Shown piece after piece: positions 33,312-40,311 of a stretch of 50,327 bases of DNA. The notes under the pieces are model-generated. The model saw only the letters and a list, made by a program, of their open reading frames with translations. It was not told where the DNA came from and did no database searches. This stretch comes from an uncultured Candidatus Saccharibacteria bacterium (GTDB taxonomy: Bacteria; Patescibacteriota; UBA1384; CAJBMM01), in assembly GCA_964561525.1 (NCBI GenBank), contig CAZLPY010000003.1, positions 1-50,327 on the forward strand, in the 5' to 3' direction. Position 1 is the first letter of the stretch. Each line of letters begins with the position of its first letter. Position numbers and translations under genes: made by a program.

Positions 33312-33887
33312 TTGTTATTGGCTATTTTTGTGGATACAGTGTGGATGATGAGAATTTCAAAAAACACCATTGCAGTGCTAAAATTTGTCGCAATGCTTGG
33401 CGCAGTGGGTACCGCTTTAGTTATCCCGAACGCCGCTATCGGCGTCAAAGCTTTTCTTGATGCAGAGAAAAATATACAGCGACGAGCTAAACTCAAAAAA
33501 CACTTGATGCGCCTTGACAGTGAGGGGGTAATTATCTTGAGTGGGGACGTGGTAACCTTAACCAAGAAAGGAAAAGAATTGCTCGGGTTCGTTCAACTTG
33601 ACCAGTTGCACGTTGAAATATCAGAGTGGGATAAAATTTGGCGCGTGGTCACCTATGACGTTCCGATAACCAGTAATAAATACCGGGATGCTTTTAGGAA
33701 AGCTATTGAAGGCATCGGATTTATCCAAATTCAAAAAAGTGTGTTCATTTTTCCTTATGAATGCAAGGAAGAGGTCGCTATTGCAGCTCAGATTTGCCAT
33801 GTTGCGCAGTACGTTTTGTATATGCATGCGCAAGATGTACCAAATGCGACCAAACTGATGAAGCGATTCCATCTAGATGATTCATAA
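33312..33887 (+). CDS. PaaX-like / Cas2-fold domain protein (putative regulator)
   Basis: WDKIWRVVTYDVPITSNKYRDAFRKAIEGIGFIQIQKSVFIFPY follows the W..W.lv.ydvP....k.Rd..r..L...GF..lq.Sv...P pattern. The start is uncertain (TTG 33312 or ATG 33345/33348). Confidence 0.6.
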   Translation: MLLAIFVDTVWMMRISKNTIAVLKFVAMLGAVGTALVIPNAAIGVKAFLDAEKNIQRRAKLKKHLMRLDSEGVIILSGDVVTLTKKGKELLGFVQLDQLHVEISEWDKIWRVVTYDVPITSNKYRDAFRKAIEGIGFIQIQKSVFIFPYECKEEVAIAAQICHVAQYVLYMHAQDVPNATKLMKRFHLDDS

Positions 33888-33888
33888 A

Positions 33889-33927
33889 ATAGCCATTAGT
33901 ACGCATATGCGCACTAATGGCTATTTT
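33889..33927. terminator. long palindromic bidirectional terminator
   Basis: ATAGCCATTAGT-ACGCATATGCGC-ACTAATGGCTAT: a 12-bp outer stem plus an inner palindrome, flanked by AAAA and TTTT. Confidence 0.6.
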
Positions 33928-34052
33928 GTAACTTAGTAACTTAAATAGAGAGCAGGAAATTTGAGTAGAGAAAATTGTCGGTTTTTGAGATTATTGCACG
34001 TGCTAATATGGCAGTTTGAGTACGGGCCACGAAACGTAGATCTGAGAGTGTG

Positions 34053-34090
34053 GAATTAAAAGAGCGGGCGAGGGATAAATCCCTGCCCGC
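34053..34090 (-). terminator. intrinsic terminator after pyrE
   Basis: Stem GCGGGCGAGGGA/TCCCTGCCCGC (one bulge), followed on the minus strand by TCTTTTAATT. Confidence 0.5.
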
Positions 34091-34104
34091 TGCGTCGAAT
34101 AGCC

Positions 34105-34860
34105 TTAGTCGTTGCCATGCATGATAGACATAATGCGCCGCCGTTCGGCTATCTCGTGCTCCTCCCTGAGCTTTCGCTCCGCCTCTTTGTCATTGGCCTC
34201 CTTAATGGCGCGGTTGTCAGTGTAGCTGAGTGGTTCGTCAAGGTACGCCATGATGAGGCGCTCGCGGTCGGGGGTGATGATTCGAGCCTTAGTGTAGAGC
34301 TGGATCAGGCTGCGCAAGGTCCATATGGAATGCAGCTTGATGCCGTGCTGAGCGAGCAGCTCTGCTCCGCCCTGCTCTCGGTCAACCAGCACCACAACGT
34401 CGGTGACCACCAGCTCTACGCCTGGCGCACGCAGAGGCTGGATGTACTCCAGCTTACTCGCGCCGTCGGTGATGACGTTGTCGATCAGGACGCATGTTTG
34501 TCCCGGTTCCCAGCGTCCCTCAATCGCCTTTTTCGTCCCGTAGTCTTTAACTCCTTCGCGGATCCAGATGTTCGGAATTTCGTTGCCGAACTCAAGGTGT
34601 TCGCGCGAGATGGCTTGGGCCAACGGCTGGCCTGCCATCGGGATACCGGCGACGATGTCGAATTTGAGACCTTCCAAAACGTCCAGGAAGCGCCTTCCCA
34701 AATTCGCGAGTAGCCTGGGGAACGAGACGAATCCTCGGCCGTCGACGTAGACGGGGGATTTCAGGTGGGATTTAAGCACTCGCTCGGTATTGGCTTCAAT
34801 CTCGCCGGTCTGTTCGATGGCCAAAGCTAGCTCGACGTCATTACTTGCACAATGCCTCAT
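34105..34860 (-). CDS. pyrE: orotate phosphoribosyltransferase with a charged C-terminal extension
   Basis: KSPVYVDGR and the PRPP loop VLIDNVITDGAS. ATG 34860 is preceded by GAGGAGGG and sits 1 nt after the upstream stop. It has a roughly 40-aa Lys/Glu/Arg-rich tail. Confidence 0.8.
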   Translation of the reverse strand: MRHCASNDVELALAIEQTGEIEANTERVLKSHLKSPVYVDGRGFVSFPRLLANLGRRFLDVLEGLKFDIVAGIPMAGQPLAQAISREHLEFGNEIPNIWIREGVKDYGTKKAIEGRWEPGQTCVLIDNVITDGASKLEYIQPLRAPGVELVVTDVVVLVDREQGGAELLAQHGIKLHSIWTLRSLIQLYTKARIITPDRERLIMAYLDEPLSYTDNRAIKEANDKEAERKLREEHEIAERRRIMSIMHGND

Positions 34861-34861
34861 C

Positions 34862-35515
34862 TCAACCCTCCTCTTTGACCTGATTAGGCCGCGGCGAATT
34901 CCTCGGCAAATCGCAGTGCTGAGCCACCGTCGGGTTTTCGATTTGCTGCCTCCCCCGCCGCAACATCTCCTCATCTTCGCAGTGAAAAGCGGCTCGCTTA
35001 CCACTGGCTCGAATGATGTCGAGTGCTCTTGTGATGGCGGCCCGCTTTCGCAGCAGTAAATTGCCGGTGGTGGAAGCAAGGTAAATCTTGCCACCGACGA
35101 TGCGGTCATGTTTCAGGGCACTTTCGAGGCAGGCCGAGTTGCCATCCACTACGCCCATCCAGTAGCGGTACTGAATCGGCTGTTCACCGATGAACCGTTC
35201 CCTGTGCGGGATGTCCTCATCGTAAATCAGCGGAATTGCGCTGTTTGGCATGGCGGCCACGGTTGTTACCCCGCCCAGCAAGGAGGCTCGAGCCAAGGCA
35301 GGCCAGGTTTCCTTGTGAGGCGACTCGCCGAAGCGATCATGCACATGCATGTCGATGGCGGCCGGCAGGGCTAGTAAGCCATTTGCATCGAATACGTCAC
35401 TTACCGGATAGCCTTGTTCCCTCTCGGGTTGGTCAATGGCATAGATTCGTCTATCATGAATCGCCACGCGATGGGTGCTAGTATCGATGAATCGTACGTT
35501 CGTGAGAATGATCAT
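34862..35515 (-). CDS. dihydroorotase-like protein, N-terminal half only (truncated)
   Basis: IDMHVHDRFGE, GGVTTVAAMPNS, KIYLASTTG and HCEDEE align with the first roughly 190 residues of PyrC. The ORF ends at 217 aa, whereas typical dihydroorotases are about 420-430 aa. Confidence 0.7.
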   Translation of the reverse strand: MIILTNVRFIDTSTHRVAIHDRRIYAIDQPEREQGYPVSDVFDANGLLALPAAIDMHVHDRFGESPHKETWPALARASLLGGVTTVAAMPNSAIPLIYDEDIPHRERFIGEQPIQYRYWMGVVDGNSACLESALKHDRIVGGKIYLASTTGNLLLRKRAAITRALDIIRASGKRAAFHCEDEEMLRRGRQQIENPTVAQHCDLPRNSPRPNQVKEEG

Positions 35516-35538
35516 CGCCTTATCCTTTCCGTCAGGTA

Positions 35539-36639
35539 TTACCCGACGAAATCGAGATACGCCCGATTGATGGTATAACGGATGAATGGATCCTCGATGA
35601 AGCCGGTGTAGGTAGCAAAAAGCGATGCCCCGGCTTCAATGTACTGGTGCACCACCTCACGGCAATCGGCACCTCCAATGCCGCCAATGCCAATAATGGT
35701 CATCTGCGGCGCGATTTGGTGATTTTTGCGCACCGTCGCAAGCGATTTTTCTCGCACAACCCGTCCACTGCGCCCACCGGGCAAATCGCGCCCTTCCGGT
35801 AGCACCTCAGTGTCCATGGTGGTGTTGCAGGCGGCAACTATGCGGATACCACTTCTCCAAGCTTCGTTGATGGCCACTTCAAGGTGCTCATCCGGCATAT
35901 CTGGCGACATTTTAAGCACCAGCTCCTTACGGAGCCAGCCGAAGTAGTTGTTGCATAGCCAAATTTCCTCACAGAGGGCCTTAATGAACTCGCCTACATA
36001 CTGCGGAGTTAATAGGTCACGCAAACCTGGGGTGTTGGGGCTGCTCACATTGACCTCAAAAAAATGGATGTGCTCGTCAGCATTCCCCCGTATATCGCCG
36101 TAACAGAACAAGTAGTCATACACTGCTTTCTTTATGTCAGTGTTTGCTCCCTTGCCAATGCTTATGCCGGTAATGCCTGTGGCAGCTGTCTGTGTCGCAA
36201 GCTCTTTAGCTGCCTGTAATGCTCCGGGATTTGGGAACTTCATATGGTTGATCAGGCCTTTGAGTGATCCGTCCGGATTCAAGAAGCGATGGATACGGGG
36301 ACGGGTATCTCCGGCTTGAGGATGTGGAGTGAACGTGCCGATGGTTTGAAAGTCAAACAATCGACTGTGCCAAGGGGCGAGCTTGCCGGTTTTGTCAAAC
36401 CCGGCGGCCAGGCCTGCCCGGCCCTTGAACTGCAGCTTGTCGACTTGCAAATGTAGTCTGGGGTCATGAAGCACGGTAGCGCGCTCCAGTACTCGAAGTA
36501 GCGCGCGAAAGCGTTGCAGCTTTTGTACATGCACCGACATCCACTCATGCGCAACTTCGGGATCACTCGCGCTCATTGCAAACATTCGACGCCGGAGTGG
36601 GCCCCAGACGGCACGCAGGATATTGCGAGAAGCTGACAT
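35539..36639 (-). CDS. pyrD: dihydroorotate dehydrogenase (class 2-like)
   Basis: GLAAGFDK, NVSSPNTPGLRDL and IIGIGGI motifs. Start ATG 36639 with GAGGGAGGA upstream. Confidence 0.85.
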   Translation of the reverse strand: MSASRNILRAVWGPLRRRMFAMSASDPEVAHEWMSVHVQKLQRFRALLRVLERATVLHDPRLHLQVDKLQFKGRAGLAAGFDKTGKLAPWHSRLFDFQTIGTFTPHPQAGDTRPRIHRFLNPDGSLKGLINHMKFPNPGALQAAKELATQTAATGITGISIGKGANTDIKKAVYDYLFCYGDIRGNADEHIHFFEVNVSSPNTPGLRDLLTPQYVGEFIKALCEEIWLCNNYFGWLRKELVLKMSPDMPDEHLEVAINEAWRSGIRIVAACNTTMDTEVLPEGRDLPGGRSGRVVREKSLATVRKNHQIAPQMTIIGIGGIGGADCREVVHQYIEAGASLFATYTGFIEDPFIRYTINRAYLDFVG

Positions 36640-36701
36640 AGAAGTGTCCTCCCTCATTGTTCAGGTTCTAGGTGCATCAAAAAATGCATCTTGTTGGAGC
36701 G

Positions 36702-36730
36702 ATAATAGGCTAGTTGAGCGTAATAATCAA
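36702..36730 (-). promoter_or_regulatory. sigma70-like promoter for pyrD-pyrC'-pyrE
   Basis: TTGATT (36730..36725), a 17-nt spacer, then TATTAT (36707..36702). Confidence 0.5.
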
Positions 36731-36831
36731 GAATTTTTTTGTAAGCAAAATACGAGCTGGGCGGATTTCCAAGGTTCAGGAGTGTTTTTGAGGCCAATGC
36801 GCGGTGATACTACAGAATAGGTGCGGGTGGG

Positions 36832-37458
36832 TTAAAATTTCCGAATCACGCCTTTGACTTTGCCTTGGACGGTCACGTTTTTAACCCGGATTGGTTTCAT
36901 GGTTTTGTTGGCTGGCTGAAGGCGGATGTGATCTTTTTCCTTATAAAACCGCTTTAGGGTCACATTTTCACGGTCAATCAGTGCCACCACAATGTCGCCA
37001 TTCCTGGCAGCGCTTGTTTGCTCTATGATCACGTAGTCACCATCAAAAATGCCATCCTCAATCATCGAGTTGCCGCGTACGCGGAGCGCAAATACCTTTG
37101 GTCCCATCATGTCACGGGGAATGTCAATGGTTTCCTGAGTCCGAATGGCTTGGATCGGTGAGCCAGCAGCGATAATGCCCATCAGTGGGGCCGCAAAGGT
37201 GCCCTCGTCCCAGGTTGGCGTCAGCTGTAATGATCGGGCCTCGTTCGCCTCACGCTTTAAATAGCCTTTACCGGAAAGCGCATCGATGTGTTCGGCGACC
37301 GTTGAGACGCTGGACAACGCAAACTCGCTTGCAATTTCGCGGTAACTTGGTGCATAGCCATTGTCCTCGATAAATTGTTCCAAATAATCCAAAATTTGGC
37401 GTTGGCGTTTGGTAAGTGGATCCACAGAAACTCCTTTTAGTCGTTTTTCATGAAACAT
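36832..37458 (-). CDS. lexA: LexA repressor
   Basis: N-terminal winged helix-turn-helix (LTKRQRQILDYLEQFIEDNGYAPSYREIA), AAG cleavage site, and S24 peptidase GNSM...K. Confidence 0.9.
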   Translation of the reverse strand: MFHEKRLKGVSVDPLTKRQRQILDYLEQFIEDNGYAPSYREIASEFALSSVSTVAEHIDALSGKGYLKREANEARSLQLTPTWDEGTFAAPLMGIIAAGSPIQAIRTQETIDIPRDMMGPKVFALRVRGNSMIEDGIFDGDYVIIEQTSAARNGDIVVALIDRENVTLKRFYKEKDHIRLQPANKTMKPIRVKNVTVQGKVKGVIRKF

Positions 37459-37503
37459 GAATCATGGAGCAAGTAGCACACAGAAAAGAATCTTTTTGTG
37501 ATT

Positions 37504-37529
37504 CATGTTGTATGCTACATGTTGCATGT
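37504..37529. promoter_or_regulatory. overlapping palindromes upstream of lexA (candidate operator)
   Basis: CATGT-N8-ACATG (37504-37521) overlapping ACATG-N3-CATGT (37517-37529), 46-73 nt upstream of the lexA ATG. Confidence 0.3.
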
Positions 37530-37566
37530 CTTTATCTTATCCGAACAAAGACCGAAGTGTCAATAC

Positions 37567-38178
37567 TTATTCGGATTTAGGACGTTTAAGCTGCCAGAGG
37601 GCGATGGCGGTTGCGGTGGCGACGTTGTAGGATTTGATTCCTCCGCGCATCGGCTCCGTTCGCGGGGTATGCAGTAGTTTCTCATGTTCATTCGAAACTA
37701 GGCTCACGTTGTTCTTCAATTGCTCGCTTACGCTCGTAATTGCTTTGTCCGCGCGAATCGTTCGTCGTAGTTGGTCATTGTTGTTCCCAACCATCGGGAT
37801 CTGCAAGTGAATATCAGCTTGGTTCAGGCCTGACTGCCCTACTCCTTCCCGCTCATGACCGACAATTAAGGCAAGCGGAAACGTTGGTTCATACTCTGAC
37901 AACGAAATAGCACTCGGAGTAATTTCAAGTGCGGCAACAGTAAAACCCTGTGTTTTAACTTGTGGGATCAGAGTTGCGAGAGAGTCCGAATATTCAAACG
38001 GCACGCGGGTTTCGGCTCCTAATGCAGTTTTGTGGATCTCCTTCCGAGGTGGCACTGGTGTAATTCCAACTAAATAGATTTTTGATACGCCCAGACCATC
38101 GGCGGTGCGAAAAATCGCCCCGACATTATATAAAGAGCGAATGTTATCGAGAATCAATACGATTTGCGTGTCGAACAT
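37567..38178 (-). CDS. SpoU/TrmH-family RNA 2'-O-methyltransferase with a 48-aa insertion
   Basis: LDNIRSLYNVGAIFRTADGLG, LIVGHEREGV, and IPM...GGIKSYNVATATAIAL. The last motif is split by 48 extra residues. Confidence 0.8.
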   Translation of the reverse strand: MFDTQIVLILDNIRSLYNVGAIFRTADGLGVSKIYLVGITPVPPRKEIHKTALGAETRVPFEYSDSLATLIPQVKTQGFTVAALEITPSAISLSEYEPTFPLALIVGHEREGVGQSGLNQADIHLQIPMVGNNNDQLRRTIRADKAITSVSEQLKNNVSLVSNEHEKLLHTPRTEPMRGGIKSYNVATATAIALWQLKRPKSE

Positions 38179-38219
38179 GGTCGCATCATAACAAAATTTA
38201 CAACAGTAAACATAGCAGG

Positions 38220-38298
38220 GAAGATAGAATATAGAAGCTAGAATTTAGAATAAGGGGAACTTTTTAAAGCACTTCAAACTCTATCTTCTAACTTCTAC
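38220..38298. repeat. TAGAAT/GAAGATAGA word inverted repeat
   Basis: GAAGATAGA (38220-38228) is complementary to TCTATCTTC (38280-38288). The arms are tandem TAGAA-type words. Confidence 0.4.
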
Positions 38299-39582
38299 CT
38301 AATACGCTACTGCTAGGCGCTCTTGCAAGGCCGGGATGAGCTCTTCCATAAATACGTTGTCCTGTAAGCCCGAAGCCATGTCTCGCATAATGACGTGCCC
38401 GTTGACCGCTTCTTTTTGACCAATAATTAAGGTGATGCGGGCGTTCAAGCGCTCCGCTACCTGGAGCTGTTGGGTGATGCTTTCGCTTTCGCTGGCGGTC
38501 ACGACACTATAGCCTGCCCCGTATAATTGTTGTAACAAACCGACAGTTTTTGCTTTGGCATGACTGCCAAGTTGAGCCAAAAATATCTCAATTCCGTCTG
38601 TGTCGGGTAATGTAGTGTGATGCATTTCAAGGTAGCGTGAGAGGCGTGGCATATCAATAGTAATGCCAACCGCAGCTATGGGCCGGTCGGTTAATTGTGC
38701 CGCGAAACGACTAAAATGGTACCCCACAATGGCTGGGATAGATTCATCACCAACGCGTAGCGCGAATGTGGTTTGTTCAGCTTCGGGGGAAGCGATTATT
38801 AATGAGGGATCAATGTCATAGGGAATGCTGAGCTCGTCACACGCTTCAAGCATGGTTGCTAACTGAGCGTGACAGTTGGGGCACAGTTGATCAAGCAACC
38901 CGCTCACCTCAGGCAGCCAGGCCGCAGCACTATCGGTTTCGCAGGTTACCACTTGCTCTAAGGTGGGGCTCACGGCGCAAAGTGCGCAAAGCTCCGAGCG
39001 ATGTTTGAGCGCATGCTCTGCAAATTGCTGCCGAAATGATCCGCGACAGTCGATGCAGCCATTGGAGTGAATCGAGATCTCAGGCTTTTTGATGTGAAGA
39101 TCGGTGGCAATTTTTCGCAACATTACTAAAAGCGACGCACTGGTGGTCATGTCTTTGACTCCCAGACAGTCAAGACAAAAATAGTGGTTTTGCGCAAGAC
39201 CACTTGGCGTTTTTTGCACCACTGGTGTTTCATAGTACACCCGAACAGGCGGTGGCCATTCGTGCAAACCGCTTTCGAGGTAGCTTCGCATCAAGCCGAT
39301 GCGTGGATGTGCTGGCAACACATACGTATCGGAATCGCTGGTTATACCAGTGTCAAATAAATGCTCCTGCCACTGCTCGCCAAAGGCGTCCGTATACATC
39401 GATTTTGCATCAACCGCCGGCATCATAATGTGCCGATATCCGAACGATTGAGCGATATGTGAGATCAAATTATGGGCATGGTGCCAGTAGCGCAGGTTTT
39501 GGGGCATAACGTCGTACAGGCCAGCTGGGTTCTTATATTTTAGAACAATTGGTGGTGCGGCATCAAAATGGTCAGTACGCAT
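38299..39582 (-). CDS. histidyl-tRNA synthetase-like protein with degenerate catalytic motifs
   Basis: Full HisRS architecture including a Cys-rich insertion region and an anticodon-binding domain (IEIFLAQLG...ITLIIGQKEAVNGHVIMRDMASG). However, motif 2 and the RGLDYY and GGRYD peptides are replaced. Confidence 0.75.
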   Translation of the reverse strand: MRTDHFDAAPPIVLKYKNPAGLYDVMPQNLRYWHHAHNLISHIAQSFGYRHIMMPAVDAKSMYTDAFGEQWQEHLFDTGITSDSDTYVLPAHPRIGLMRSYLESGLHEWPPPVRVYYETPVVQKTPSGLAQNHYFCLDCLGVKDMTTSASLLVMLRKIATDLHIKKPEISIHSNGCIDCRGSFRQQFAEHALKHRSELCALCAVSPTLEQVVTCETDSAAAWLPEVSGLLDQLCPNCHAQLATMLEACDELSIPYDIDPSLIIASPEAEQTTFALRVGDESIPAIVGYHFSRFAAQLTDRPIAAVGITIDMPRLSRYLEMHHTTLPDTDGIEIFLAQLGSHAKAKTVGLLQQLYGAGYSVVTASESESITQQLQVAERLNARITLIIGQKEAVNGHVIMRDMASGLQDNVFMEELIPALQERLAVAY

Positions 39583-39683
39583 AGCCCCTCAATGTATGCT
39601 TGCTTAACTGAGGCAAAGTGTAGCATGTGCCATGAATTTGTCAAGGGTTCCTGGCAAATTTTCTCGCGCAAGCGCCTAAAAGC

Positions 39684-39716
39684 AAAAAAATTGGCGGAAG
39701 AGTTGCTTCTTCCGCC
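39684..39716 (-). terminator. intrinsic terminator
   Basis: 9-bp stem GGCGGAAGA/TCTTCCGCC, followed on the minus strand by AATTTTTTTGC. Confidence 0.6.
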
Positions 39717-39737
39717 TGGGTCATTGTTGGTACCTGC

Positions 39738-39956
39738 CTAGTCCGTCTGTTTAATGGTGCTCGCGTCGCCCGGCACATAACCAGGCGGATACGATGCGAT
39801 GGTTTCGCTACCAACCGACTCGATGCTTGCTCCGGTCAAAGGAAGATTTGTTCCGACAACATTTAATCTACCCTCCCTTGCGTCGGCCAGCATGTCACCG
39901 AGAGGTGTACGCTCGTACAGTTTGTCCGGCTTTCTCATGCCCATTGGTTGTGGCAT
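39738..39956 (-). CDS. hypothetical small protein (72 aa)
   Basis: ATG 39956 lies 8 nt after AAGGA, with its own promoter (40043..40015) and terminator. No family recognised. Confidence 0.5.
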   Translation of the reverse strand: MPQPMGMRKPDKLYERTPLGDMLADAREGRLNVVGTNLPLTGASIESVGSETIASYPPGYVPGDASTIKQTD

Positions 39957-40014
39957 GTCGTTCATCCTTTTTACAAGGCAGTGCTGCAGACGACGCTGCG
40001 GCTCGTTTGTACAT

Positions 40015-40043
40015 ATAATACTACACCTGTCATCGTTCGTCAA
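40015..40043 (-). promoter_or_regulatory. sigma70-like promoter for 39738..39956
   Basis: TTGACG (40043..40038), a 17-nt spacer, then TATTAT (40020..40015). Confidence 0.5.
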
Positions 40044-40112
40044 CAAAATTGGCACAGCTATGCAGATGCACCGGGTCTTGCCAAGGGAATGCAATTAAGG
40101 TACATTTCGTTG

Positions 40113-40310
40113 TAATACCATGTACAGCGGTCGCTGTTTTAAAACCATTTTTTTAAGATTTCGCGTCTAAGCTGCAGGCGCCGCGTGGACGCGAAAGAGC
40201 CGGTGGGGCGACGTGGAGACGCCCCACTGGTTTCATCTTGTAGCCTATCAGCCGTTACTTCGAGAAGTGTCAGCCTGACTTAAGGATCCCTTAGTCAGGC
40301 TTGTCTTTTA
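40113..40310 (+). ncRNA. candidate structured small RNA (orientation uncertain)
   Basis: Plus-strand TTGCCA-N17-TACATT (40078-40106). Then hairpins ACAGC/GCTGT+T-run (40124-40150), TTTCGCGTC/GACGCGAAA (40159-40196) and CCGGTGGGGCG/CGCCCCACTGG (40200-40230). A terminal AGCCTGACT.../...AGTCAGGCT hairpin (40272-40301) is followed by TGTCTTTTAT. Confidence 0.3.
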
Positions 40311-40311
40311 T

